A stretch of 64,000 nt of DNA from Bugula neritina (GCA_964035545.1 OZ037766.1:16358722-16422721); one strand, 5' to 3'; numbered from the stretch's first letter, positions 1 through 13,250 are shown. Program-made: numbers and translations. The notes: a model not told the origin generated them from the letters alone.

Positions 1-835
1 AAGTGTTCAGCGGTTTTTCTCAACACATTGACATTGAAATTTGACGTACTAGTACTATTATTATGATTATGATGATATTTTAGCATTGCGGTATAGTTAA
101 ACTTAATCATAATCATAATGATAATCATAATCATAATGTTATACTTATAGTTATAGTTATACTCTAAGTCTTATACTTATAGTTATAAGTATAACTGTAA
201 GTATAAGTATGACTATAAGTAGAAGTATGACATTAAGTCGCATATTTAAAGTCCTTATGATAATTATGTTATGCGCGGACATAATCGTATACTATTCGGG
301 TTCCCGTTAGTTCTAAGCGGTTATACTTATACTTATAGTCATAGTGGTAGACTAGCTCCTGGCATACACATTTTAACATCAATGCTGTGTCATTCGTATT
401 CGTGACAAACAAATTAAACTACTCTCAATACCGACAATTTGAATCATTGAAGTAGGTAAGAATACTTTAGTGTATAGTATTATTAAACCTTCAATTACTA
501 TTTAATTATAACTTTAAGTTAGATATTGAAATATTCAAATACTAATACTAATAGTCATAGTGATAGTATTACTGACAGTACCGGTACGTTAATTATTGTA
601 AATGATTGGTATCACAACACCTGCTTAGCTTGGTTTGTTGTATAAATTTAAACTAGTTTCAACTTTTTTACCAAAACCTATTTAACTGTTTAGTGTTTAG
701 CTTTAGGCAATAATTATCTTATTGTTAACTGCAAGTGCAAATCAAAATGAAAGTCAAACTCAAACTGAAAACAAATAACGAAGATTAGCTGTTACTTTAA
801 AATCAAAGTAATAACTTATAATATATCAACAGCTC
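1..835. repeat. Low-complexity tract with TNA trinucleotides phased at 6 bp; candidate promoter/first-exon region
   Basis: Runs such as tta-tag-tta-tag-tta-tac, taa-tac-taa-tag-tca-tag-tga-tag and tca-aaa-tga-aag-tca-aac-tca-aac-tga-aaa; strong + strand donor AG|GTAAGA at 455/456. Boundaries approximate. Confidence 0.7.
722..833. repeat. 112-bp direct repeat, copy 1 (copy 2 at 2699-2810)
   Basis: ttgttaactgcaagtgcaaatc...acagc aligns without gaps to 2699-2810 with about 10 substitutions. Confidence 0.9.
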
Positions 836-2517
836 TTTAGTCTTGAGCCCATACTTGGCTAGATGATTTCGTACTTCCTCAGCACCGACAAAAATCTCCT
901 GCACCACTATGTTATCAATGTAGTGGTCTGTTGCCCGACGAACCGATCGTTCATTGACAGTATCTTACCAAGAATCCAAGTCATAATTCTGGGTGCCGGT
1001 TCAGAGCGTAGTGCACCCCCTCATATTTATTGACCTGGTACTTCCACAGATCCTTGGCTATGTGAATCTGAAGATAAGCTGCCTTCAAATCCACAACTTG
1101 GAGGTTACTTTTCAACTGTCTCCACTTTCTAATTTTTTCACCACACACCGCGACCTTGTCATCTCCAGTGTGAGATTCAACGTAGTTTGTCAACTCACGG
1201 TAGTCCATGACTGGCCACACCTTGTCCTTACTTGGCTGAAACACTGCAAGCAAAGGGATAACCCCTTTAACTGGGCCCTCCCATCGTTTCAACTAACCCT
1301 TGAAGATCCAGTTCTCCAGTCCCAGTCCCACCAACCACCCGCGGACTTACCAGAGTCCGCTCTCTTCCAGTGTCAACAAGACACGAGAACCAACGGTTGT
1401 TCAGAATGGCCTGAATGTTGGGCATACTGCTACTTGTGGTAGTCCTACTAATTGCCCCAGATAGCGCCAGGCTGTTCCGCAGTACGCATGCATTGCTCAG
1501 AACCTCGCTAATCGATGAAGAGCATGGCCCTCGGCGGTTAACGCCTAAGCTGTGGTATCCATGTTGGAGGATGCGGCACTTCGAGTTGCGTCCTCCGCCT
1601 GAAAACCCGGCTGGTTACTTTCCAGCCTCACAGCCACTGCAGGTGGTTTCGGGCAGTCGTGAACCCAGTGATCGATGCCTCTGCATCGGAAGCATCCAGC
1701 TCTCTTCCGAGAAGAGTTTCTCACGGGCCGTCTGTTGGAAGAAGCCCGCCTGCTCTCGGTGCAATCCTTTACCCGGTGTGCACCCCCACACCAATAGCAA
1801 GAACTGGTACCTGGCTGCTGCTGCACTCTTCCAAAAGCAGCAGTGACTACCCCTGACTGTTGCCCAGACCTAGAACGACGTGCAACAGCCTTACACCAGA
1901 CCAAAGTCGGCCGTGTAGGCACTTTCGAGGGTTACTGCCCACTCGCAGACAGAGGCCGGCAAGCCTTCATAAAACTGAGCTTGAAAGCTCAGTTCTTTGC
2001 AGGTCATGCCGACCCGCCCACCGTACTGCTCCAAGCGGTCCAGGTACACGTCAACCGTGTCCCATCTTCCATACGGCAGGTAATAAACCTATGCCATGCT
2101 TCCTGCCTAGGCATGGAATACTCGGTCACCAAGGCCACTTTCACTACATCTCATTGGGATGCCTCGCCCCACGCATCCTGCTGTAGACGCGAGCAGCATT
2201 GCCACGCAACATGTAAATGACGATTTCTGTTGGGGCAATCTGCTCCACCTCGCAGAGTCCTTCAAACTCCCTGATCCATGCATTGGCGTCCACACTGCCA
2301 TCACCAGTAAACTATGACGTGGCTTGTCAAATTCTCGACAGGCTCAGGCCTTTAGCCTGATTGAGGATGCTAGCCAATACTCTCGCATCCAACAGAACTA
2401 GAGCTACAAGCCCAAATCTCGCAGATGATGGCCCACTAAGGTCGGATGCACCACCAATTGTCGAACTCTCCCCAAGAGAGTCCTTGCCTCCACTTTTCTC
2501 TTCTGACTGTGACATTC
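834..2517 (-). mobile_element. Decayed Gypsy-like LTR retrotransposon internal region (gag with two Zn knuckles, truncated RT)
   Basis: Gag-like AWIREFE and VDVYLDRLE segments across frameshifts; knuckles CYWCGGAHRVKDC and CFRCRGIDHWVHDC (ORF 1545-1922); RT motifs PVMDYREL and VVDLKAAYLQIHI (ORF 981-1292); YIDD box mutated to YIDN near 910-925. Confidence 0.85.
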
Positions 2518-2698
2518 CGTTCTCTACAGTCAACAAGTATGAGTAATAAACTACTCGACTGAGAACCAGAATGCACAAACTTACTAACTACTAATAAGTA
2601 ATAGTAAGAAACAGCAGTTATATTATGATTATATCACACTATTACTAACAGTAAAAAATTAATAGTAATAATAGTAATAATGATTATGCTGAAATAGC

Positions 2699-2810
2699 TT
2701 GTTAACTGCAAGTGCAAATCAAAGTGAAAGTCTAACTCAAACTAAAAACAAATAATGAAGATTAACTGTAACTTTAAAATCACGGTAATAACTTATAATA
2801 TATTGACAGC
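2699..2810. repeat. 112-bp direct repeat, copy 2
   Basis: Ungapped match to 722-833; embedded in an AT-rich TNA-phased stretch (about 2560-2810). Confidence 0.9.
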
Positions 2811-3051
2811 CCCAAGCTGCCACTCTGACCTCCAAACTGCCCCTTAGTCACTCCAATCTCCGCCCGTGATCTGCCCAGCAAATCACCGTATTCACCCAGA
2901 ATACAAAGACAAGAAAACTGACTTTGCTAAACTCTCTAATAGCACTAGCTGATAGAACCGTTCTCAGTCGAACACTGCAACTCTGAATGTCTTTGGTTTT
3001 GCAGAGGAACACGAGGAAAAGTCCTTGACCCCTGCTGTGTACCCAAGCACT

Positions 3052-5065
3052 CTATCTTGCTATGCTGCTAACGGCATCAGCATACTTACAGCCCACATCA
3101 CATTGCCCTGCCTCTGGAAATGGGCGAATTTCTTTTGAAGATACCATTGGCAATGTTTTTGAGCCTGTTGGGGTGGCATCGTCTGTTGTAAAAGTTGCGC
3201 CAGAACACCCAAGTGTTACAGCTGCAGTTGTAGGAGTGGTATGTGAGCACCTTGGAGTGTTAGCATCTAGCGTAAGAATTGCTCTGTCTGTGACATGAGA
3301 CCCCAAGAAGTCATCAGAAAAGGCATGACGATCAAAGGGTGAAATCACTGGTTTGCGAAACCCTGATGTAATATTATTCACTGTCATAGCCCTCCCAAAA
3401 CTAGCATTAAACAACTCAGCCATGTTGTATATGGGTAGTGTTTTTCCAGGATTGTTTAGCTGCCATGAATTGGAAGCATCATTGAAAAACCACTCAAGTA
3501 GACTGTAAACTGATATGTCGAGAGGTTGCGGTTTGTGCGAACTATGGGGGGGGGGGGGGAGTTAATAACACCACACTATTTTCCTTTGTCTGCTCAATTG
3601 CCTGAATAGAGATATGACTCTCAGGGTTCATGAGCAAGAGTACCGGCCTCTCTTTTGTTACTCTCGTATGCTTGATAAAATGATTTAACCTCTTAATGAA
3701 AAGCTTAGATGAAATTCAACCAGATGGATTAGTAGCACCAAGTGTCTCAGAGGGTGTGCCTGCAACCATATATTCTTTAAAATTGACCCTTAGAAAAATC
3801 ATTATTGGTGGAATAAATCTGCCAGCGGCATTTATGGCACAAACTGCAGTGGTTAATACCCCACGTTCTGCAAAAGTCACTTGGCCTACGTGCTTGGCTT
3901 TTTTGTCAGCAATAACTTTGGGTGGCTTATGCGCAGTAGTGAGTCCTGTCTCATCCATGTTCCATATGTCTCTACTACAAAAGTTATACCTACTTGGAAC
4001 TTCATCTAAGTTGTCATGAAATTTGCCTACATTTACTTTGTTGAAACTAGTACTTCTACCGAGACTAGTAGCCTCTGGTTTTCGGCATGAAAGACTTAGA
4101 TGGCGCTTGAGAAATCCACTAATCCTAACCCCTTCTGCACATTCGTTGTCATTCCAACCAGATGGATACACATAATTATTTCTTTTTGCATACTCCCAAG
4201 CCAACTGTCTGACTTGCTTTTTTTGTCAATACATGATGTTGTCTAGATGCTGTTGATATATAGTTTTTAAGCTTTAGTTCCTGATCTTTAATAAATACAG
4301 AACGATGTGCTTTTGACTTTTGAAAATCCACAACACTATCAAGCCCTTTTAACCTTGCTTCTTCAACATAACGAGTTAGTCGTTCTTGGGAATTCCAAAT
4401 CAGCAGACACCCTATTCACTGACATACCCTCTATAAGTACCATTTTTGTTGCTGTTCTCATTCCATCAGCTGATACATCCTTGCTTTCTCGCCCATTGCT
4501 CTTTTTCTAGTAAGTATGCACCATATCTCACTTTTATGACAAACTGGAAAAGATAAAAAACCTTGAATTATTGACAGGTTGAGTCTTGGAATATAATAAC
4601 TCCAATAATTGTGTTTCAGCAGAATGTTGAAGTACTTGAAAATATGTTTATATTCAACAGTTACATAGATAGTTAGCTATATGAGGCACAGTGGACAGAT
4701 GTCCACTGTGCCCCGCTTAATGATGTCCACTGTACCCCACCTTGAATTTTAACTAAATAGTGTATATAGTGAAAAGCTACAGTATTTACTGCTACTAATT
4801 CTAACAAATAGATCACAAGACTTGGTTAGCATAAGAGTTATAATCATTGAAAGTTGGAAGTTGTGAACTTACTTTAGTGGGCTAAATTTAGATTTTGATT
4901 TACCACAGCTGCTCGCACATGCTTTCAATGTTGAACACAAAGATGGTTGCATATGCTGAAGATTTGACAACTTCAAATCAGTCAAGTATCTGGAAAAATA
5001 GATATGACCACTGTGCCCCTATGCCCACTATGGCTCCCATCCCCCCCCCCCCCCCCCGTCTCCCC
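3052..5065 (-). mobile_element. Decayed pogo/Tigger-like DNA transposon (HTH + DDE_1 transposase), 5' terminus retained
   Basis: Start MVHTY*KK at 4524; GFLKRH..LSCRKPEATSLGR, IWNMDETG, GRFIPPIMIF (ORF 3716-4204); NNITSGFRK..ISPFDR (ORF 3052-3423); minus-strand end TA|GGGGAGACGGGG at 5065-5067 with repeated GGGGCACAGTGG subterminal motifs (4685-4740, 5008-5020); stops and frameshifts. Confidence 0.88.
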
Positions 5066-5369
5066 TATAATGTTAAACGTCATGCCATTGTTATGTAATA
5101 TATAATTCTATTTTGATTTAAGCATTTGTTACTTTCAAGCCTCTATATCCTTGAATGAGTGTTTGTATGTGGGTTATTAATAGCCAAATAGTGACTGAAA
5201 CAAATGCTAAGCATGAAAATTGCATGCATAAATAGATAAAAATACAATATATATATATACCTCATCCCTTTATTAAAGCTATATAAATTGAGTAATAAGT
5301 AACATTTCGTATAGAATATACATATAGTTAGTTATTGTATTCTAGGTATTCAAGTAAATGTTCCCATAA

Positions 5370-6008
5370 AAGTTTGGGGTGTCTGAAACTAGTCAGAATG
5401 GGGAAGTAGTCCATGCATTTTGTCATTGTCTGCCAGCTCTTGTTTCAGAGCAGTTATCCACTTCACCAACATAGCACCATTCTCCCCCTTATCCATACAA
5501 GTTTGGGGTGTGTGAAACCGGTCAAAATAAGGGAGTAGTCCATGCGTTTTGTCATTGTCTGCCAGCTCTTGTTTCAGAGCAGTTATCCACTTCACCAACA
5601 TAGTGCCATTCTCCCCCTTATCCATACAAGTTTGGGGTGTGTGAAACCGGTCAAAATAAGGGAGTAGTCCATGTGTTTTGTCATTGTCTGCCAGCTCTTG
5701 TTTCAGAGCAGTTATCCACTTCACCAACATAGCGCCATTCTCCCCCTTATCCATACAAGTTTGGGGTGTGTGAAACCGGTTAGAATAGGGGAGTAGTCCA
5801 TGCGTTTTGTCATTGTCTGCCAGCTCTTGTTTCAGAGCAGTTATCCACTTCACCAACATAGTGCCATTCTCCCCCTTATCCATACAAGTTTGAGGTGTGT
5901 GAAACCGGTCAGAATAGGGGAGTACTCCATGCGTTTTGTCATTGTCTGCCAGCTCTTGTTTCAGAGCAGTTATCCACTTCACCAACATAGTACCATTCTC
6001 CCCCTTAT
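5370..6008 (-). repeat. Tandem repeat, 129-bp unit, about 5 copies, open as a 43-aa repeat on the minus strand
   Basis: Unit MLVKWITALKQELADNDKTHGLLPY.DRFHTPQTCMDKGENG(T/A) in ORF 5389-5988; copies differ by a few substitutions; in-frame TAA about 65 nt upstream of the ORF start. Confidence 0.95.
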
Positions 6009-7199
6009 TTTGCTTTTTCTCCAGTTCTCGGTTTTTCTTGCTCAGAGTCTCTTACTGGCCCTGTATGAATAAGGCAGTATTTCTAAATGCAGAACTTCAT
6101 TGTAGGTTATACTTAGTGTTGAACTTGCTGATAAACTTGCTGATAGAAACTAAATAAGAAAGCAAAAGTTATATAAATGATTGCATGCATATAAATGTAG
6201 TTGAAAATATTAAAGTAATGCTCACAAAAACCATAAAAGTAAATTTATTATAAAATGATAATTCAGATAACAATATGACTAAAAGTAACCAACCTTTTGG
6301 GTCCTTCATAGATAGCGCCACTAAATAATATTGTCAAAACAGTAGATTAATAAACTAGTACAATTTTGGTTAAGAGTGCTGCCAACTGATTGTATTGAGT
6401 TTGTTAAGTGTTTATATACTCTGGTTGTTGTTACTGTACCAGGCAAAAACATATTGCATAAATGATTGTCCCTAAAAAGATACCACAATGATTGTGTCCC
6501 AAAACATCGTAAATATTCACTGGGTTGCGTCAGGGCACCAACCCAACATGTCTGAGGTAGGGCAAGACTCGCAGCTACCCCAACCACAATGCCCTGACCA
6601 CAAATCTAATAGTCAGCACAAGGTAAATGAGTAATGCTTGCTGGCGTATGTCACCTAAACATAAATAGGAAGTTAATGGGGGTCAATAGTTATTTATAGA
6701 GGGCAACACACAACCATTTACAGTGTCCATTTCATCGTTTTGCGTGGTTAGCTTTCTTTTTATGTCTTCCAGTGCTTTGATAGGGTCCCCGTTTTTGCTG
6801 AATTTCATTGCTCTTTCTTTCCATCAATCGGATTTCTGCTTCTCCTCATCCAATCGCTGCTTGAGCTCATTTACCAATAACAGTAATACTAATAACTATA
6901 AGTCCTATAGTTATTACATTGAAATAAATCACATTTGCTGGACCGAAATTCAGGCCCTGTAGAATATCAATATGAATATGACCTTAGACTTAGAGTTACT
7001 AGTAGTAGTTGATCAGCAGCAATGGCAACAGGTGTCACTATTGAACAATAAACGATGTCACTTGAAAATGAGTGTCCTGAAAAAAAGGAAAAACTTTTAT
7101 TTTGTAACATAAGTTGGATTAGAATTCCGTTGTGTGGAAAACTAATTGAATTAGCTCTTAGGGATTTTCACTAATAAGTCTCTTAAGTCTCGTTTGACT

Positions 7200-7890
7200 A
7201 TAGTTTCCAGTGACGAAAATTGAATTCTGGTGTTCGGTAACAGTTGCTTAGTTGTGACTGACTTGTAAGCTAGCATTGACCCTCTTTCGAAAATCATATT
7301 TAGAATTAGATTGTTCATCTTTGAAATGTTTTGTTATAGAATGGTTTTCCCCTCCTCTTTATGCTTAAGACAATAGGCGAAGTGCTTTCAGTGGTTTGTC
7401 ATATTTTTTAAAGAAGGTTTTTGCATAAGCTCATTAATATCTTCCATGGCAGTTTTGTTTTTTTCTAGTCCATTAAGGAAAGCATTGGTGGAAGTGGATG
7501 CTTGCATTGCAACTTTCATATCTTAAGCCGTCTGCTCGTTTGCTGCATCAGCCCAGAATTTTTTTCAAGCAATCAATCTTGCTCTTTGGTTTGGTTCTGG
7601 TATTCATCTACCCTAGTACTAAGCTTTTTTACCATCTGTTGCAGTCTACAAAGCTTCAGCATCTGTGGTAATACAGCTTTAGCTGAGTTACCTTCTATAG
7701 ACTGACAGCACTCTGTACAGTACCAGTTGACTCCTTTTTGGCCAACCTGACAATGGTGTTAGCATCTGCCACCTTGAAAGTCTTGGCATATACTTTGAAA
7801 CCAGCGGATGAACATGTCACACTCAAACCATTTAAAGTCAGTCTTTTCTTTTAGTTCCTTCCATTACCCACAGTAATGTAACATTCCTTG
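7200..7890 (-). mobile_element. Decayed PHD-finger ORF1 of a CR1/L2-type non-LTR retrotransposon
   Basis: Minus-strand peptides FKWFECDM...IVRLAK.GVNWYCTEC (PHD-like), a coiled-coil segment, NAFLNGLE and an RL.HKEEGKT-like motif; many frameshifts. Confidence 0.6.
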
Positions 7891-8889
7891 TTGTTACATG
7901 TAATGCCCGGTTGGTCAGATTGGGGTACTTTTTCAACAGACCTCCTCTGGTTTAGGGGAATCTGTGATGTGGCGCAATTCTTCATTTATGCTGTGGATCA
8001 CTGCCATTTTCGTCATTGCTGTTATTTACTAAATGATTGCCCTAAGTCATGTTGCCTGTATTATGCGTTGGGAGTAGGTAGGTGTTATCTAAGCGCTTAT
8101 TGAGTTTCTTTGCCTGAAATGTCAGTTTTTTGTCGGTCAGAGGCAAATGTTTGTGAAGAGTGTCTGTTTCCAAAAGGTTTGTTGATCTTTTTTCAAGAAA
8201 GTAATATTTTTACCATCCACTATCTTGATTATATTTATTGTTGTTTTCTTGAGGGATAAATATTAAGAATTATTTATTAGGCAATATTACAGTAGTATTG
8301 TAGTAACTTTTGGGTTATCTTTTTTAGCATTTCATTTAATGCTATTTGCAGTAGGTTTGATCTTTTTGGTAACTTTTCACTGAATGGTGTTAGAAGTTGA
8401 TGGGGCATCTTCTCAAGTTTTTTTTTCAGTATTTTCGGTGGCATAAAAATTGCAGTGGTAGAAGGTTGGAAAACACTACGCTCAGTTGATGGAATAGAAG
8501 CATTTGATAGTACAGACATGACTAGAGTATGCGAAGAAAGATCTTCCCTATGTCCCCCATCCAAGTTCTCGGAATCAATACTCAAATTGTCTTTCCAGAA
8601 ACTGCTAAATGTCTGTATTCCACAAAGGTTCACAATCACCATCATGATCATCATCGATCAAGTCACCATCACTATCTTTTGCAAAGGCTGGTTTTACATT
8701 TTCACCTGAAATTCTTGTTCTCACTTGGTTACTTTCTATGTTGAGAAGTTTGGTTGTGTCTTATGATTATAATTATAATTATAGAAAACTTCTTTTACTC
8801 TCAACTCTGGTGTTGCTAATCAGCAATCCTACAGGTATGTCATTACTGGAATTTGGTAGTTCGTCTGCTACTGGTAACAAGTGGTGTCA

Positions 8890-9450
8890 TCTTTGTAACG
8901 TTCGCTTCTTGGGAAGTTGATTGTTGTCATAGGTAGTGATGAGTGTCAATAACTTGGTGGTAGTGAATGTTGCTTTATACTTCTGTAGGCATGAACTTTT
9001 AAATGATTTGTTTTTGGAGGTCAATGTGGCGAGACCAATCTCTATTTGCATAGGTTCAGAATTCAATTTTGCTATATTGTCGCAAGTTATGTATGTTGTG
9101 TCAGACATGGAGTCTACCAAGGCGAAAACTAAGCATTCTGTTGATGGGTTTTGCTCAGTACTAGTGGATTAGTCAGCCCACCTTTTTACCTGATATGAGA
9201 TTTTGGCTGTTATCTTTTTTTAGCTGCTTTTGTGTTGTGATTGTCTGCATCAAGGCTAGCAACTGAATCAAGTAAATCAATGCAGTCTTCTAAGGCTTCT
9301 GCATCTCCCTGTTTTATTTTTGGTAGTTTTTAAATTTTTCTGGATATGCCCCTGTTGCCTTTTCTTCTTTTTCATATCTATCATTTAGTTTAACCCAAGC
9401 TGTCTTATAGGAATTTTTTGTTCTTTGCCTGTAAAAGCCTGGAATGGCCT
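8890..9450 (-). mobile_element. BEL/Pao gag and aspartic protease remnant
   Basis: SYKTAWVKLNDRYE...LPKIKQGDAEALEDCIDLL (BEL gag) followed by CLVFALVDSMSDTTYIT (BEL protease ALLDSQSDTTFI-type). Confidence 0.7.
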
Positions 9451-10279
9451 TTTAGGCTCTGACGTTTACAAACTGTCTTAGTCTACAAATATAAAGGGTG
9501 ACAAATATTGTGGTTAGAGAGAATCATTAGTTTGTAATAGGAACACAAAGGTAGTTCTGATTTGCAAGGTGGTTGCTGAGTGTGCAGCTGAGGCAGATAT
9601 TATGATTGAACAGAGATAAATTGTCCTGTGGTAACTATAAGTGATGCTGTGAATAGATTAACAGCAAGGTATGAGCAAGCAAACTAAAGAAACTGTCCTA
9701 GTAATATGTTCCATGTTACTTAAATAATCAAAATATTACAGCAGACATTAATAATTCAATTGTTACATGATGTCCACATATGTAGACATAGATATGAATG
9801 AGCAATTGAGTATGTATCTTAAAGATTTTATTTAAAATATTTGTACATGAATCAGTTTTGACTGTGGAGATTGTCTGAAAAATAAAGGGGCTCGCCTTTG
9901 TATATTTCGGCTAAACATTGAACATGTTCAAGAGCGAAAGTCAAATGCTGCTTACTTTCAAAGTGCAATTGGAAATTTAACTCTAAAAGAGTGAACTTCG
10001 GCCTAATGACACAAAGTTTTTTCTATAGAGTAGATAAATCTTCACTAATGGCCTTTAGTTAATTAGATAATTTCAAATATCAATTTATTGAAGTGGTCTG
10101 CTACAAACAAGGTGATGTACACATACGTAGAAGCTGCGCATGGATGGGTTAAATCTCTTGAAATAGTTGCAACAATTACCGATTTTGTATAAAGATGTAT
10201 GTTTTGGTAGTGCTTTTTAAATTGTCATAAATAAATTGTACTTTATGTTCATTGAAAGAGATTGAAAGGAAGTGCTCAC

Positions 10280-10630
10280 TCGACACCACACCAACTGTTG
10301 GTAGCAATTTTGCTCTAGTTGAAGCTCTTCTAGCTGGCCGCAAATGTCGAAGCTGAGAAGATAAATTTATTGCAAAATGATAGCTCTGATCTTGTTGCCC
10401 AATTCTGTCAATTTTTTTTTGTGTGTCAAACTGCTTTTAAAAAAATTGGTTCGGTGGACTTTCTCTTTATTGGCTTGGGTGTTCTTTGCAAAATCGAACC
10501 ACTCACGGTTGAGCTGCTGCTGGTTGCTGAAATATCGGAACTTAGATTTCGAGACAACTCATCTTCTGCATTGAAATTTGTTGAAATTGGATTGCATACT
10601 CTTTTTATTGTAAGTCTGAGAACTCCATGG
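10280..10630 (-). mobile_element. Possible MADF/BESS-type accessory ORF remnant of a PIF/Harbinger element
   Basis: Ser-rich linker then ELSFC...SQLRHLRPARRASTRAKL, resembling a BESS motif; weak Harbinger-nuclease-like peptides on + at about 9900-10130. Confidence 0.35.
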
Positions 10631-10899
10631 ATACATAAGTCACTTCTTGTACTAAAAGACTAAAATACTTTAGTTATAAAACAAGGGAATTTTTCATACC
10701 TGCAACACATTTTAAAAAGTTTTGATTTGAATACGGTACAAGTTTAACCAGATTTCTAGGTGCTTATATATTTCAACTGTTACTGAATCGGGAAAAAATT
10801 TATTAAACAAATTCTTTTACAAAAACTGCTCAATTATTGAGTCTCAAAATTTGACAAAAATGTTCCTGTTTTCTTCTATTGTCACTTGGTTCGTTTTTC

Positions 10900-11680
10900 A
10901 ATTTTGGTTGAATATTGAGATTTCCGCTGGTTCCAGAACTGTTCTGCTAGTTGCTGCGTCTTCCATTACATGCTTCTTGCATACAGTTCATTTTAAGAAT
11001 AATCTCCTGAAAGTGGTGCTATAGTTTTTTACTTTCCGCTATAACTGGTTTAGTTTGGGTTGAGCTCACGATTGAGAGGGGTCGGTTGTTAGCAGTTGTT
11101 GTGATTTCCGTAAAGGCTTTTCTCAAGCTTTCTGTGGTAAATCTGCAGAGGTATTTTGAGGTCTTTAAATACGATTTCTATCGTTCTGATCTGTGTTCAC
11201 ATAAACTTCATTGGTGGCTAGCTGATGGTGTGTCGGTTTTAAGTTTTACTCTTTTTACTCACTTGCTCACTTTTTTTTCAGTTTTTTTATTTCCTGGGAA
11301 CAGTTTGCTTGTTGTGTGAGCTTGATGGCGATTGTCTCCGCTTCTTGGATCTGATGTACTGTTAGTTCATTTTTTTTCAGACTTCAATTTTTCAACAATA
11401 CTTGGACATTTGCTATAATTCTGGTAAGTTGTTTCCATCAGCTGAAATTACTGATGATCTTTTTTATATATGGCTCTGCAATGCTATCTGTTACTAGGGT
11501 CGTCTGTACTTTCTTAATTTCCGGTCTGTTTTTTAACTTACCTAAAGGCATTGCCATTCTTCAATCTGTTTATGAAGGAAAGCTGGCCCTTTGTACCAGT
11601 CACCTGTTGCTAGTTGTGATGTTGAGGTACCACTTGATATAATGTCTGCTGGGTTGTTACTCACACTCTTGCACTGATAT
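10900..11680 (-). mobile_element. BEL/Pao RNase H to integrase-end remnant
   Basis: NNPADIISSG...WYKGPAFL (ORF 11542-11787), WKQLTRIIA, ELTVHQIQEAE and NNRPLS...QQLAEQFWNQ. Confidence 0.75.
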
Positions 11681-12018
11681 GTAGCAACAAAGAACAAGCA
11701 CAGCTCACCAACATTTACCGTGTAAATAAATGACTGCCCAGAGTATGGCCAAAAATATGTTTCAATATTAGTTTTGCTTGTAATCACTGTTTGTAAGAGA
11801 TGATGTTAGGAATCATTATGCACAGCATATAGGGTAGCAGATGAAATGGTTTCATAATTTTTTTACAGGTATTTTTATTTTCATTTGCGCACCATGTTGG
11901 AAAGGGATCAACTCTAATTTATGCTGCACATTTCATAACTACTACTTTCACCCAATTTTTAGCACTGCTATAATTGTCCCAAAAAGAAAGTTAAAGGACT
12001 GTTCACGTTGCCACTAGT

Positions 12019-12330
12019 GTGGCCGCTCCATCTATTTCACACTCAATTAGTAGGATGACTTTCTTTAATCTTATAGCTGACCTAATCTCTTTCAAAGAAA
12101 TGTCTGGTTTTAGCTGCAACTTTCTAGACAATGCCTTGTCCAGCAGTCTAGCCAATAGACTAGTCTTAATTATATCTTGTTGGACTGCTGCGTCAGCTCA
12201 ACTGCACTTAGCTGCTAACTCCTGCATTCTCCTACTAAACTGTTTATTAGTCTCTTTACTAGACTGTAGCTTTAAACTGAATACTTCTATCCCTGGTATG
12301 TCAGCCAAGGCATCTACCATCAACTCTTAG
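12019..12330 (-). mobile_element. Gypsy (Mag/K02A2.6-like) gag remnant
   Basis: Minus-strand RRMQELAAKC...IIKTSLLARLLDKALSRKLQLKPDISLKE. Confidence 0.6.
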
Positions 12331-12479
12331 AACAGGTAGCATCAATTTTTTATGTTTTTTATTTAAAGTTAGAAAACCTACAAGCTAAGATGATCTATCA
12401 TCCAGTGGCACTTGGTAAAACCCTTGCTCTGCATCTAGTGTATTAAAACAGCATGATCTGGCTATACAGGAGAAGTACT

Positions 12480-12620
12480 TTGACAAAAATGTTGCCTTCT
12501 TTCGGCTTGTTGGCTGCTACTAGTGGTGATAACCACTCAGTTGGCTTATTATCCTTACAAAGAATACCCTTCTACTCAAGGCTATCTAGTTCCTGTTTAT
12601 GTTTTTGTCTAAAACCTAAA
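12480..12620 (-). mobile_element. Gypsy RT N-terminal fragment
   Basis: KQELDSLE*KGILCKDNKPTEWLSPLVAANKPKEGNI, matching the ELD.LE..GI....PTEW.SP.V...K motif. Confidence 0.65.
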
Positions 12621-12749
12621 GAATTATGTTTGGCCAGCAACGCTTCAGTTTCAAAAACATTGTTTTCTGGTATTTACACACCCGTTGAAAGCCTTACCAT
12701 GTCTCTTTACTCTCTGTGCAACACTAGTTTCTGAGTGGCCTTATACAAT

Positions 12750-13250
12750 GTTATGCAACAATCCTAAATATCTACTGATGAGTAGATCTAATACTGTGAT
12801 TCCTCCAAGGCCAAGGAAAAACTATTGCTTTTCTTTTTATCTGTGATGAGCTTGTTGAGAAAATGCTCGCTAATCTTGTGCATTCTATTGGCAATAGTTT
12901 TCCTTGATCCTATAGCAGAATTGATTTCTCTGTTCTTAGTAAACAGTGTTTGTGTTGCAACCTGAATACAGCCCTTATTATTTCCCTGTGAGAGTGGAGA
13001 ATCATTGTCTTAACCAAAATGGCACTAACCCCTAAGACTGGGTTATGCATAGCGCTTTCAGATATTAGTGAATGCTGCTAAGCCACCAAACTGCCTCTCT
13101 CTCGAGCTGGCTGTTTGCGAATGATTTCCTTTTGGATATTTGGTATTGAAATCTTTTTTCTGTATGATATGGCAGTTGATATTAGCTGACTTATTCATCG
13201 CCTCTGTGTCCAAGCATGTCAGGCACATTGGTTTTTTTGGATATTTCATC
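12750..13250 (-). mobile_element. hAT (Charlie/SPIN/GTF2IRD2-like) transposase N-terminal remnant
   Basis: KPMCLTCLDTEAMNKSANINCH (BED-like; ORF 13058-13249), SRKTIANRM..IS and SLALEES (FSLALDES box) in shifted frames. Confidence 0.65.

Noticed and set aside
993-2220. Several + strand ORFs of 100-150 aa
   Set aside because: Antisense shadows of the GC-richer Gypsy remnant.
5370-6008. Possible CRISPR-like array
   Set aside because: Units are contiguous 129-bp tandem copies with no unique spacers, in a eukaryotic context with no cas genes.
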